A stretch of 64,000 nucleotides of DNA from Takakia lepidozioides. Taxonomy: Eukaryota > Plantae > Bryophyta. Made by a program: the position numbers and the translations under genes. The stretch lies in contig CM060733.1 of NCBI GenBank assembly GCA_030704615.1, positions 6,262,001-6,326,000 of the forward strand. Direction: 5' to 3'. How positions within the stretch are numbered: the stretch's first letter is position 1; each line of letters opens with the position of its first letter. Positions 38,828-50,698 of this stretch are shown one piece after another. The notes beneath the pieces were generated by a model, which did no database searches, was not told where the DNA came from, and saw nothing but the letters and a program-made list of their open reading frames with translations.

Positions 38828-39104
38828 GAGGTAGAGGTGAATGTAAATTAAGTTTAGGTTCTTGTTATGTAACATCAACTTGCCAGGCACATTCCGTGTT
38901 CTCTTGATGGAGACCTGCCCTCCACTCCTACTTCAGGTTTGTTACACCGTCTCATTCTCTGTTCTCCAAGGATGGGATGCATGGATCAATTTTTACTTCA
39001 TGTCCACCGTTCTCAGAGACGTTTGAATTAGGATACCAATTGGTATGGCGGAACAGAGTGGAAAAACTCCAGTGTACACCTATCTGGTTCCACATCCGTG
39101 GGCT
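38828..39104 (+). pseudogene. Decayed duplicate of VPS34 exon 1 and the start of intron 1
   Basis: Colinear with 29341-29650 (ctcttgatggagacctgccctccactcc, gagacgtttgaattaggataccaattggtatgg). The ATG has become GTG and indels are present. Confidence 0.92.
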
Positions 39105-39849
39105 GGAAGACTTTTGTATTGAACTTGCCTAGCTAGACAACCACATGCAGAGTCAGTACAGGGTTATCTCCAGAGATTCAGGTGCAGAGCTCACCGTGTT
39201 TTCATACCGAGGTGAGCTTGTCGATCTGCCTCAGCCAACACAGAAGCAGGCAGTTATTGACCTCTTTTGCAGGCGTTTAATTGTGGCCTGTACAAACTCT
39301 ACTGCCAATGGTCACACACCGATAACTACACTAACAAGATTCTTGCAGTTGCATGAATAGTCTACCAAAATTCACATTCTCTAAGAGAGCAAACAGTAGG
39401 CAAGTTCAATACAAAAATCGGAAGCTACAAAGGCCAGTATTCAAGTGGACGCTATGGTGCTCCAGCACTTGGCATGCATAGAAGTAGTGGGTGTTGTTAC
39501 ACAAGACAAGTGATGCAAGAGAAGTGTATCCCCTGCCATAGCTGGTACTGCCCCCTGCTGCAAGCACCACAAATCCATTGCATTGCAGGTACAATAGCTT
39601 AGTAGTTTAAAGTGCTCTCAATGCATTGACCTTGGCAGTCACCATTCTGTCGTTTGACATGTTTCCCCCTTTACAACATTTGGCCAGAGCCATCAAGTGC
39701 CTCCTTCAATGCACCCTCAGGTAGACCTCTGAATGTCATTTAGAAGAATAAATTGCCCCGGAGAGAAATGACCATGACCTAAGGGCTTCCAATGCCTACC
39801 ATCAACGGCCACATAAAAAGTATGGATACATGCCCTCCCTCGCCAGTAC

Positions 39850-42800
39850 TCAGAGTACATTAACAGAACCACTTCGAGGGCGTGCCATGTTCAGAGCCCC
39901 TCTTGCAGTAGCCTGTTTGAAAACACATCACTCAGCATGTGAGGTTAGTGATGACACTAACAATGGCTGGCTGGGTAACCACGGCACAAACTGAAAAACT
40001 TCCAAAGCTGTATAAATAAGCACTAGATGACTGAAACGGTATATTCTTTGGCTTCAAGACAGACAAACCAGTTCCTGTATCCCCCTGACAATTGCGTTCC
40101 CTGTAGCCCTCCCACTGCATACTGTGAGAAGTAACATAGAAAAGCATACAAGAGCAGGGGTGGGGAGGGGGCATCTTACCTCAAAGAAAGAATTGTAGTT
40201 TAATCGAAGAAGAAATTGCCGTAGGAAAGGTGCACGTTGACTCCCAGCAAGTTTGCTACTCCGTAGTATGGTGTAAAGTGAATTGGACTTTTTGTTGAAT
40301 TCCTGTGGACAACCAACCAACTTCTGGGTGAAGGTGTAATGGACCAGCTGAAAAACAAATCTTCTGTATAGTGTCCATTTTAGTCCAGATGGCGTAGTCC
40401 TAAAATTGTCCTAGTGTGACACAAATGAAGCTTCCCTCAACCCAGGACACACGCCACATCCAACTTGGGTCATCGACAACAATCCAGCATTGGAGGTTTG
40501 TTATGCATTGGAAAGGTCCACTTCCTGCAATGCCATCAAGTATACAGAGCGCTAACCTCCATGATGTGATCCAGCTCAGCAAGGTTGGGAGTACCATCTT
40601 CCTGCTCAATCACACGGCATAGCTGCAGGCATAGGTTTATAATACTGTCCAATATTCGTGAAACTGATCCAATATCCAAAAATGACTGGGCAATTAAGGC
40701 TGCCAGATACCTGCACATGCCCACAGGGCCTAGTGAATGCACTACATCCTGCCAGTTTCCTGTCCCATTCATAGTGATAAGTATTATGCCTTCTCATGAT
40801 AAGGCAATGAGCTAAGTGTTTATGCTTGATTTGAACGAGTTTGACAACATTGGCCTATGGGGCAAACTATAAGCACATAGTGAATCCCCCCTTCCTTACC
40901 TAAAAACAGACTTGAGTGTCAAAATCAGTGCAAACAGTAACAATGTCACCTGCATTACTAGACAGAACTGAGCTACAGCGGTCTATAAATGGATAACCGA
41001 CCATCCATCAAGCATGCCAGGAGGGAAGGAAGAGAGGGAGAGAGACAGGGAAAGAAAAGAGGGACGTAAGGCTGTTCACATACTCTTGGTGGAATCGGGC
41101 AAGCTCAGTGAAGTCCTTGGATGCTTGGACACGTTCTTGCAAATGGTTCCATTGTGACTCAATCACATCTACCTGCCAGCCTTGATGTATGAGCAATCTG
41201 TTCTTTAACAAAGACAACATGCAACCTCTCCTCTTGAACAGGAGGGCTTTACATCTGACGATATCACGTTTACATGTTCTCACTGCATACAACCCCACTT
41301 TGTTGCTGCTTAGCATTCAGTGGTGCACAGGCCCACACAAGTCTTCATATTGCAATGAGCATGTGCCAAATTCAAACTCAATTAGTTCATTAACAGGTCA
41401 TAATGGGTACAAAGAGCAAAAATATGTTTTGCCTGAATACAAAACTGTTTGTTGGTGATGAGGTAGATTATACACTCCTGAACATACCAATTAATACACT
41501 CAAGAGATCCAGAGCCCTATCCCACCTGAGACTCATGGAGTTCCTGTACATAAGGACAACAGCCAATACTTGCCTGAATGTAGAACTGCAGATTAGTGAT
41601 GAGATACGTCATGTGCTGGCGGACACGCCACATTGGCATACGCTGCTGCCTACTATCTCTACGCTGCTGGGCTGAGTCAGCACGGTCTTGCTGCATGGCC
41701 TCTGCCCATGACTTTTCCAGCTCCAATTGTATGCGCTTCAGACGCAGCAGGTATTGAAACACCTTGCTGTACCTGCCTTCCATCCATTTCTCACTTAACA
41801 ATCTTGGCGTGCTGGACACAGGTCTTGCATATAGGCACATACTACACCATAGGGAGGTCAATCACAACCAGTAACTCATAAGATGTTTGCTATGGCCTTG
41901 TGGGCATAGAGGGAATGCCCAGCTTGGGCAGAACAACAGTTAATAGACACTACCTTTGTGAGGGGCTAACTCCAGTAATGGGACCTACCTTGATGTAAGC
42001 AATTCGATCGGCTTTCCAGATTTCCTCTAGAAAGCCCTTCACACAAACACCAATCTGCTGTGTGTGATCTGCCAAGCAGGTAGACCCCAAAAGAGCCAGG
42101 GATCTCGAGATTTGAAAGTTGGTGAACAGAGGTGCAGGGACTATGTTCTTGATGGTCGTGAAGAGTATCCATCTCAGGTGAGAATACCCCGGACCTTGTA
42201 TCAGAAAATGGCCTTCAGGCCGCATGCACGTAGGACATTGACACTCTCCCTTTCGACATGTAAATTTTGTTCAAAGGTAGACTCCCCGCCCCGAGTTTAA
42301 ATTTCAGTCTAGTGTGAGGGTAGGTAGGCTCTGTGCGTGAGAGAGAGAGCGAGAGAAAGAGAGAAATAGAGTATGGTCTGCGGTTTTGCCCCATACTCTT
42401 CACAAACTGTAGATGGAACAGAAGGGTTTCTTGGGCTTAGGTGAGGTATATTGTGAAGGGGTTTTCTCATGTGGTCTGCGTCTGCCCTATGCTCTTGAAA
42501 GTTTACAAAAACAGGAAAAGGAAATACAACGTGCAGATCTGAATCCACAAGACAAGGGTAAATCTATACTTGGCCAGCACATCTCGGGTGAAAAGGAGTT
42601 GCAGGGGCCAGTCGATGCTGTACTCAAGGGCCAAACCATCCCAGCCATCATAGGGCGAAACATCACCAAAGACTGAACCATCCGTTATGGATCTGGGACG
42701 TTTTGCATCAGATTCACTGCTGCCTGCTGCAGCAGCACTATTCAGAAAAGGCATCCTGCATCCAGGGACCCTCTCAGAAACGAGCAGGCTTGAGAAATCA

Positions 42801-45800
42801 GATATGCTCAATAAAACAAGCACTCAGAAAGTAGCATGGTAAACAAGATGTACCTCAGGGACACTCTGGAGAAGTACTTATCTTCATCACCAATCGTTTT
42901 GGTTGCAGCCTACACAGGCCCCAGAAATTCATTGCAATTAACATCAGCTATCTACTCCTATGGAAACTAGGCGCTTGTACATGTGAGTGTATCTTATTGG
43001 CAAAAGACTAATGCCAGTAGAAAACCTCATCACTAACCGCCGCACTCGATGGTGGCAAAGCCAGGTGTACAATACCTGCTGGAATGGGACTTTAAGATCA
43101 GCCTCAGCAGTTGTAGGGCGTGGGGGAATTCGCATCAAACTACGGCTCTCTTCCAGGAAACACTGCAACCCAAATCATCCAACTTTGGTGAGCATTTGCA
43201 TAGTTGACTGCTAAACTGGAAACCATTCAGAGGACAAACACCTGTATGTTTCAGGTTACTTGTCAACTGTATTTGGATTGCATGCACAGCACAATATCAC
43301 TCAGAGGAAGCCATAAAGCTGAAATGGAAGAAATAGATGTCATGCAGGTTGAATGACAATATCTAGCTTCATGTGCCTGCCCTCCTTTCCAGACATAGAA
43401 GCTTGTGACATCCAAAACATAATTATCTCATTAGCTTTCCCACCCTACCAAGGATTGCGAGCTTTGCTACTCAAGAGCCTCCTAAGGGCAAGATATAAGC
43501 ATGCAAACTGCAGGAAGACTTGCCTGGAAGAAGTCCCCTTTAGCCAGAAGGAAGTAGTCTTTTAGAGCCTTCAAGTGACCGATTAAGTCTGCGTGCACCA
43601 CCACCAACTGCAGTATGTCCAATTCTAAATACTTGATTCAGATACCAATAGCACCAAAAGAATGAGAATGAGGAGAGACTTCAGAGAAGGCAAAAGGAAA
43701 CAGCTTTCAGTTTAGCAATTAGAGAACCTACCTGCCAAAGATGTGTAGCTGCAATTGCCCGGATAGAGTCCACAGCTTGCTCAAACGACATCTTATGGAA
43801 ATCTGGAGCCTTCTGCAGCAACATCGTCAGCAGTTGTTGAAGTTAATGGAAGAAGTGCTGAGCTAAAACAACCACTTAAATACTCCACCAACTAGTGGAA
43901 CTAGCCAAACCCACATCTGTTCATGTAACCTTAAATCCTGGCAACACTCCACAAAACTGATGAAATGCAATCACATGACGTACTCATGACCCAATTGTGT
44001 ACGGCCTGGTCTCCAAAGACAGATGCTCAAGTCTTCAAACAGTAGTCTCAGTTTCAAATGAAAGGTATGGACACCCTCTGGAGGCTTTTGTCAGAAATGA
44101 AACTATCTTCTAGAATAAGTTTAGATAGTTTAGTTCACCTTGAGATCTCGAAGCATGGAAGCAATGGTGTCAGCTTGTGCTGGAGGAAGAAGCTCTGGGC
44201 CATGATAACCCCCACTTGGTAGTACTGAATCCTTTGCAACAGAGGGTGGTCCATTTTGTCGACTAAAAGTCTTGGATACGGTACGGTGAGATGCTGGGGC
44301 CTGGCTCTTGAAGGACAGGCTGGGATTCCTTAAAACTCGGAGAGCCTTGCCCACAAACAAAATGGACTCTGCTACCTGCAGTGTGATGTACTCTGGCAGC
44401 ATCTCCTGCACCACACGCTTCAGACAATCACTTAGGTAATAAACAAGCTTCTAGAGAGCCTCCGCAATGACAGAGTCCAGTATGTACAGCCAAAGGAAGG
44501 TAGCGCACGAAGCATGGAGGCACCCAAGAGGCATCAGCATACACCAGGGCTCAAAGAGATGAGGCATTGAAGTTGGAGTGCCCATGCCGTAAAGTCAGCA
44601 CTTTCCTACATCCTGCAGTCAGTCTTTCTTTCCTCTTCCAGTGTAGCAACCTCATTGGTCTTCAACCTTTCTCCAACCAAACCAAAGACAATAGCCTTAT
44701 AGGGTGCCATGTGCTCAAAACCTGACCCTGTATCACTGTTCCAAACAGGGGGACTGGCCCTCTTGTATTCTTCTGGGTTTCAAGCAAGCCAACACTAGAC
44801 AGCTTGGAAGCATTTAGCACTCTGATTCATATGAGGAAATATAACAATAACCTTGCAACTTCTTCCTTCAAAATAGACATAAGGAGACCTGCAAAATCAG
44901 AGAGGAGGGAGGAACAAACCAGGCACACACAGAAGCCAGAATGCCAATCTGCAAGCCGCGCCTCTTCTGTTGCCTGCTCTGCATCACCTGAGCCTTCTGC
45001 AAGTTGTTGTCTGTTCCATGCCCACACTCATTCTCTGTCTCACATATCTAAGCTACAGTCTAGCCTCCATATTACCCAGGGGTAATATTCAGCTAGCATA
45101 GAGCAGCTTACCACTTTAACAAATATGCAAAAGATGCGTACTGACCTTAACATTTACACAAGTAACATATATAGATACAAATTAGTGGAAAACTAACATT
45201 GACACAAGTAAACTCGCAAAATCATATTCAGCAAGCAATAGGAAAAACATAGAAATATCTTTTAAGCTAATCTGCTGCACCTAATGAAGCATACATGAAT
45301 TAAACAAGAGGAGAAGTACTAGCATAAAATTAAACGTGATTCACTGCCTAGGTTCCACATCCACATGGGTTACAACAATAACCAGAAAATAAGAATAGAG
45401 AGGTGTCTACTAATCTTGATCTTCAGGACATCCATCTCTCATCATGATAGATTCTGATCACTCATCACTTCACAAGGCCTTTGCTCCAAAAATGCATTCC
45501 CTAAACTATTTCTAAATACAGTGCATGGTTTGGTATTTATGAACATATATAGAAGACAAATTAGTTAAGGAGGACGTAGACTTTTTGTGAAAACAAAACA
45601 TGTAAACACTTGGTTATTCGGAAGGAGATAAAAATTTCAAGATAGATTAAAATCTGATGGTATAGCTATTATGGAGGCTGGACTGTATTGCAAGGTAGCT
45701 TTTAACTGCTCCTCTACAAGCACTAAAACTGATAGGAGTTCAAACAGACTGACGTGATACCTGCTGATGAAAAACTCATGATGCGGGTCTTGCAACAATC

Positions 45801-47780
45801 CATATACCATCCATGTTGCAAGTTGCCGGTACATCACTTGATGGCCATGCCATAACAGCCTACATTCATCCAGCTGATCATATATTAGAAATCGAACTGG
45901 AATATGATGCCCTTTGAGTGATGGCAAGTGAATTGCAACCAAAAGACGCACATACAAACCGTTGCATACAAGCTTGCAGCTCTGGAACACCACAATGACA
46001 TTTCGCGTGCAATAGATTTAACAAGCGCCCCCCACGCAGCTCCTCCCGCTCCACCTCTCGGATTAGCGCATGCAATGGTGGCAGCAACAGTTCAAACTGC
46101 AACCACGTCAGATGATAATTCAATTAGTAACACAACACCAAAGTTCATGTGTGCCCCAAGCACCTGCATTTTACTACATTACTACAAAGGATAGGGGAGA
46201 ATACTTGAGCATGTTGTAGATCAGGGAAGATCTCAAAACATACTTTGGAATCTGCTGGAAGCGGCACTAAGATCGTATGAATAAGTATCAGGTTCTCGAA
46301 ATCTACACATTCCGAGGAAAAATGAATGAAATCTTATACTTCTAGAAGAAAATGGCCCGCAGCATGTGCTAAAATGAAATTGCCTTAATTGTAGACATGT
46401 AGATGGCCACCATAACCACGGGGTCATTTACAGTATTGCGACCATCAGAAAGTACAGCAAATACGCATACATGGAGTGGTACAATGGAGACGCTAGTATT
46501 TATTGCAAGGCAGGTGAAGTGACTACTACCTCCACAGACCATGCCTGCCGCAGTCCATTCAGTAGAGGCAAACCTGTGTTTCTGCTATTATTGAACCATA
46601 CAAAGCTTTGCCAGTTGCATCCCTGGGTCTGGAAAATAATGTGATGAGCTTTGGTAGAGCAACCTGATAGAGGCCTTGAGTGACAGAAGCCAGCACAGGC
46701 ACTGGGTCAGACATTAGCGCTTGCTCCACCTGTAGGACCGCAGATCTGTACACAGCGAGCACTTCCGCAATCCCATTTGCTAAGGCTCTGCGGTACACAC
46801 TTGGCTGCTCCACACTAGTTCCATCTGTCACAACCCCTGCTTGGGAATGACAAGAGTTGATCCAGCTCAAATTTCGCGAGCGCATACAGAAACGATCAAG
46901 CTCTCGATAGTAAAACCCAAGGCGAAGGAGGTGGTCCAAGACCTCCCTGCAGAACATAAGACCCAGTCTTACAAACTGTCTGTTACAAGACATCGGCCAT
47001 AATTCACTAAAAACTCTTAAAATTGGAGGCTCAATTGAAAATTTCTATTATTCTCTCAACTAACCTGAGAGTAAGAAATAACAAAGGCTTTGCCAACCAG
47101 AATATTTCAACTTTGGAACAGCTATTTTCTCAACTATAGCACACAGTAGACATAGTAAAGAGAAGGTAGAACATCAAGGGTGAAAGCGATTCCACGAGCA
47201 AAACAAAACGTTGCCTACAAACTTGGAAAAAAGGATGATAAATAGGTCCTGCAAATTGCATAAATTGCCCTTGATGACCTACTGGGGACAAATTAGTCAC
47301 CCTGATGGTACCCTCATCACCCATACATATACATCACTCTATTCTCCCAAACCATTGCCCTTCGCTTCAGAGATGTTCACTGACACTCAACGACCTTCTC
47401 TGCAGAATGAGATTCCAAGTCATCCCTCTCGTCTCTGCTTGCACAATATTGAATCTGTAGCTCCTTGAGCATAATGCAGGAATTGAGAGTCACAAGCATC
47501 CAATTACAGAAGCAGATAAACAACGGAGCTTCACGTTAGGTTTCAAACAGAGTAGCAACGAGGAGACGAACCTCTCAGAATGCTGAAGAAAAGAGAGGTC
47601 AGGGGCAAGCCGGAATGTGCACTCATCCTGCAACTGCTTCCCCTCTACCTCATCCTCCTCTTCTCTCCCAGCTCCCAGCGGGCCAGGGGATGCCAGACCA
47701 AGAGCCGCCGCTTGCTCTTTCACATCCATGAACACATCCCCGGTGCATCCCACCAGGGCTAGCAGCAACTCGTGCAGCAT
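39850..47780 (-). CDS. GCP4: Gamma-tubulin complex component 4, about 15 exons
   Basis: MLHELLLALVGCTGDVF, LGFYYRELDRF, SVYRRALANGI, CHCGVPELQ, QLATWMVYGLLQDPHHEFFI, AESILFVGKALRVLRNP, GWDGLALEYSIDWPLQLLF, QHMTYLITNLQFYIQVDVIESQW, FLRQFLLRLNYNSFFE|ATARGALNMARPR. Confidence 0.96.
41874..42330 (-). mobile_element. 5'-truncated copy of the same LINE family in a GCP4 intron
   Basis: RLKFKLGAGSLPLN, KGECQCPTCMRPE, FLIQGPGYSH...VPAPLFTNF and VKGFLEEIWK parallel the AP2S-intron copy ([10 protein letters not shown]...[19 protein letters not shown]). It ends in the same actcataagatg terminus. Confidence 0.85.
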
Positions 47781-48038
47781 TTTCCTTGCACGGCCTACAC
47801 TAGACTGCACACCAGACCATCAGGTTTTCGCCACCATCGCTACTGCCCTAATCCTCTCCACCTCCTCACCACCTCCGATTGCCTCCAAGCAAAAGCTGCG
47901 AGACACCATCGCAGCTGCCAACACCTTCGCTCTCGTTTCACCATCCCTGGAAAACACCAGGAATCGCTTCCTCGCTCTTCTTTCTACGTACTTACTACTT
48001 ACACGTCGGGGCAGGTCATCGGTTCAAATTCGCACAGC

Positions 48039-48046
48039 CCGCCAAT
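48039..48046 (-). promoter_or_regulatory. Possible E2F site upstream of GCP4
   Basis: ATTGGCGG fits WTTSSCSS, about 260 bp upstream of the GCP4 ATG, with a TTTGAA motif nearby (48023-48028). Short motif only. Confidence 0.3.
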
Positions 48047-48425
48047 TTTCTTTAAATTTTCTACTTTTTATTCTTTTTATTGTTTTGTTTTGTTTTTGCA
48101 GAACAGGGGACAGTGGCCCTGGAAACTTGAGTCCAAACATCGTCCTTTTTTGTTTGAGGAGAGGATTTATTATTGAAAATAAGAGGAACTTCCGGAGCTA
48201 CATTGGGCCACGGTGTTTTTTGAGCAAAAATCTGCCGTGGAGAATGGGGTGGATTGATTCTAGCCACAATAAATGGAAATAATATTGCCCAATCTTATTT
48301 TATTGCATTAGTTATTCTTTATTTTATACATTTTATGATTCCTCTCTTCGTTATTTTATTCTTAAATTTTCATTTGTCTATAATGGTAGTCAATATTTTT
48401 ATTGGCCCTGCCTTCTCAAGGCAGA

Positions 48426-48928
48426 ACTACGCAAAGGGTTCAGCCACTTTTTCTTTCTTTTCTTTTTTCTTCGATTTTCTTCCAATTTGATCGAGACAGT
48501 TGCCACTAGAATATTTTGTTCATATTTTTAATGAATGACATGCCATGAATGAACGGTTTCATGGTCTTTAGGTCTGGAGTTCAACTTCTTGTGCATGCTT
48601 ATGAGGATATTACTATGCGTGCCACCCGGGTGATTCAGGGCTCAAATCCTGTTACCGCGATATTTATTGGACTACGCAAAGGGTTCAGCCCTTTTGACGC
48701 TTTACCCCTTTTTTTTTCTTTTTTCTTCGATTTACACTTCCAATTCGATCGAGACAGTTGCCACCAGAATATTCGGTCCATATTTTTCTAATGAATGACA
48801 TCCCATGGATGAACAGTTTCATGGTCTTTAGGTATGGAGTTCAACTTCTTGTGCATGCGTACGAGGATATTACGCTGAGTGCCACCCGGGTGATTCAGGG
48901 CTCAAATCTTGTTACTGTGATATTTATT
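48426..48928. repeat. Two diverged tandem copies of an ~250-bp unit between GCP4 and the BAG6-like gene
   Basis: actacgcaaagggttcagcc ... ggagttcaacttcttgtgcatgc ... gtgccacccgggtgattcagggctcaaatc starts at 48426 and 48671. Confidence 0.92.
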
Positions 48929-49121
48929 AATAAACATTGTGTGATCTTCCACACTTTTACTCTCTATTCATAATTACTAGAGGGCAGGGCTTGCATGAAT
49001 TGCATTATTTGTTTTACTTAAATATTAATCTTCTTTGTATTTGTATTCGAGTTTCTAACTCATTTTACATTTTCACGTTTTTGTTTTTTGTGTTTTTTTC
49101 TACACCAAGAGGGGATAGTAG

Positions 49122-49405
49122 CAGTGTTTTTTTTCTTGAAATTTGGAAAATAAGAGGAGTGGCTACTGAGTTTTGCAAGAAATAGCCATATTTTCTGTTC
49201 ATCCACTGAAATTTGGATAGAATCATCGTCATCTGTACTTTCATCCATTTATATCATCCATATTTGACGAATTCATCCAAGGCCTATATTTTATTTGGAG
49301 AAGTTTGGCGATTTCATCCATGAGAAAATAGGGAATTTACGACAGAATATTCGATTGTTTTTGTGGTCGAAAAAGTGCGAAATTTCGCCAGAAATAAAAA
49401 CACTG
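49122..49405. mobile_element. MITE-like element with CAGTGTTTTT terminal inverted repeats
   Basis: cagtgttttttttcttgaaattt ... aatttcgccagaaataaaaacactg, with internal TCATCCA repeats. Confidence 0.7.
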
Positions 49406-50698
49406 CAACAGGGGAATAGTAGCCCTGATTAGTTTATCATAAAAAAATTGGGCAAAGCCCTTACAAATTATTCAGGATTACCTATTGGGGGAAAAAAATG
49501 AAAACCCCTAAAGCGCCAGAAGGCTTCACGTTGAGTGCTTGATTAGAAGAGGGGCAGTAGACAACTAACAAACAATAAAACTAATAAAATATAAATCCCA
49601 AGGCCGAGGAAGATAGTTATCTACGCCGGGCCACGAGGGTCGAGGTCAGCGGCTGGAAAGAACAGTCTCATCCGTTAGGTGATGGAGGTTCATCCACATG
49701 CAAGGGAGGAGAAGGGATGATGTCTGGAAGGGAAGGGTAGGGTACGGGGTTCGAACCCAGGACGGGGGGGGTGGGTAGGAGGAAGAAGAAGGCCGAAAAC
49801 GATCTCGCTCGAAACGAAGGTAGATAGATAGGAGGCCGGGCTGCAGCTTCCTGCTCTCTGTCTGCTTCATCGCATCGCTGCGTGTGGCGGTGCATCGCCG
49901 CGCACATCTCCATCCGCATTTGAGGTTAGGTATCTGCGCTTAGGGCAGTTGGCCGACCATGGCGCATGAATGCTGCAGGTAGAAGGGAGGAAGGAAGTGG
50001 TGAGGATCGAGGGGGAATTGGCAGGGGTTGTTGGCAGCATTCTGCGATTTGTTGGTGAGCAGGCGTGTTGACCTAGGTTAGTAGCGAATCTTAACTGTGT
50101 GGCAGATCTGGCATTACCGCTTGGTGTGCGCTTTGTATTTTGTTTCCTGGCTGTTGCGGAGTTGGTGCTTGCATTTGCATTCTCGCGCTGGTTTATGTGA
50201 AGATGGCCGTGGTCGTGATTGTGCGATCGGTTTGGGGATGCTTTGGAGGTTCTGTGGTGCTGTGAGCTTGTGCGTCTACTTTCTTTGCGTGAGATTTAGG
50301 TTTTCATGTTTATCTTTTTCGTTTGCTGGTACGGGAACATTGTCCCGAAGTCATCCGCGCTATCCTCGAATTTTCTTAGGGTAGTGGCTGGTAGTTCTCT
50401 CACCAAGTTAGTGATGAAGAGAGGTTCGATACTGCGAGATTAACGCATTGGTTTTCAGCATGGGTCTGACAGAGTTTCATTGTCATACTTGCAGTTAGCG
50501 CAATGAGCTTCATATGTTATCTGTCTGCAGGGATGCCGTGCTCGTTTGTCAGGTCTGATCCAATTTAGGAAGTGGGTAAGGAAGCAGTTTTACCTGCCAC
50601 CTCTGACAGGGAGACGGTTTCATTTACTTCTTAGATGTTTACGTTCCCAGGAATGTCTTGTTTGGTTGTCAGATTCCACCCAATTGAGGCTGAGGAGC

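Noticed and set aside
47617-48282. 221-aa + strand ORF
   Set aside because: Antisense shadow of GCP4 exon 1 and its UTR/promoter; low complexity with no family motif.
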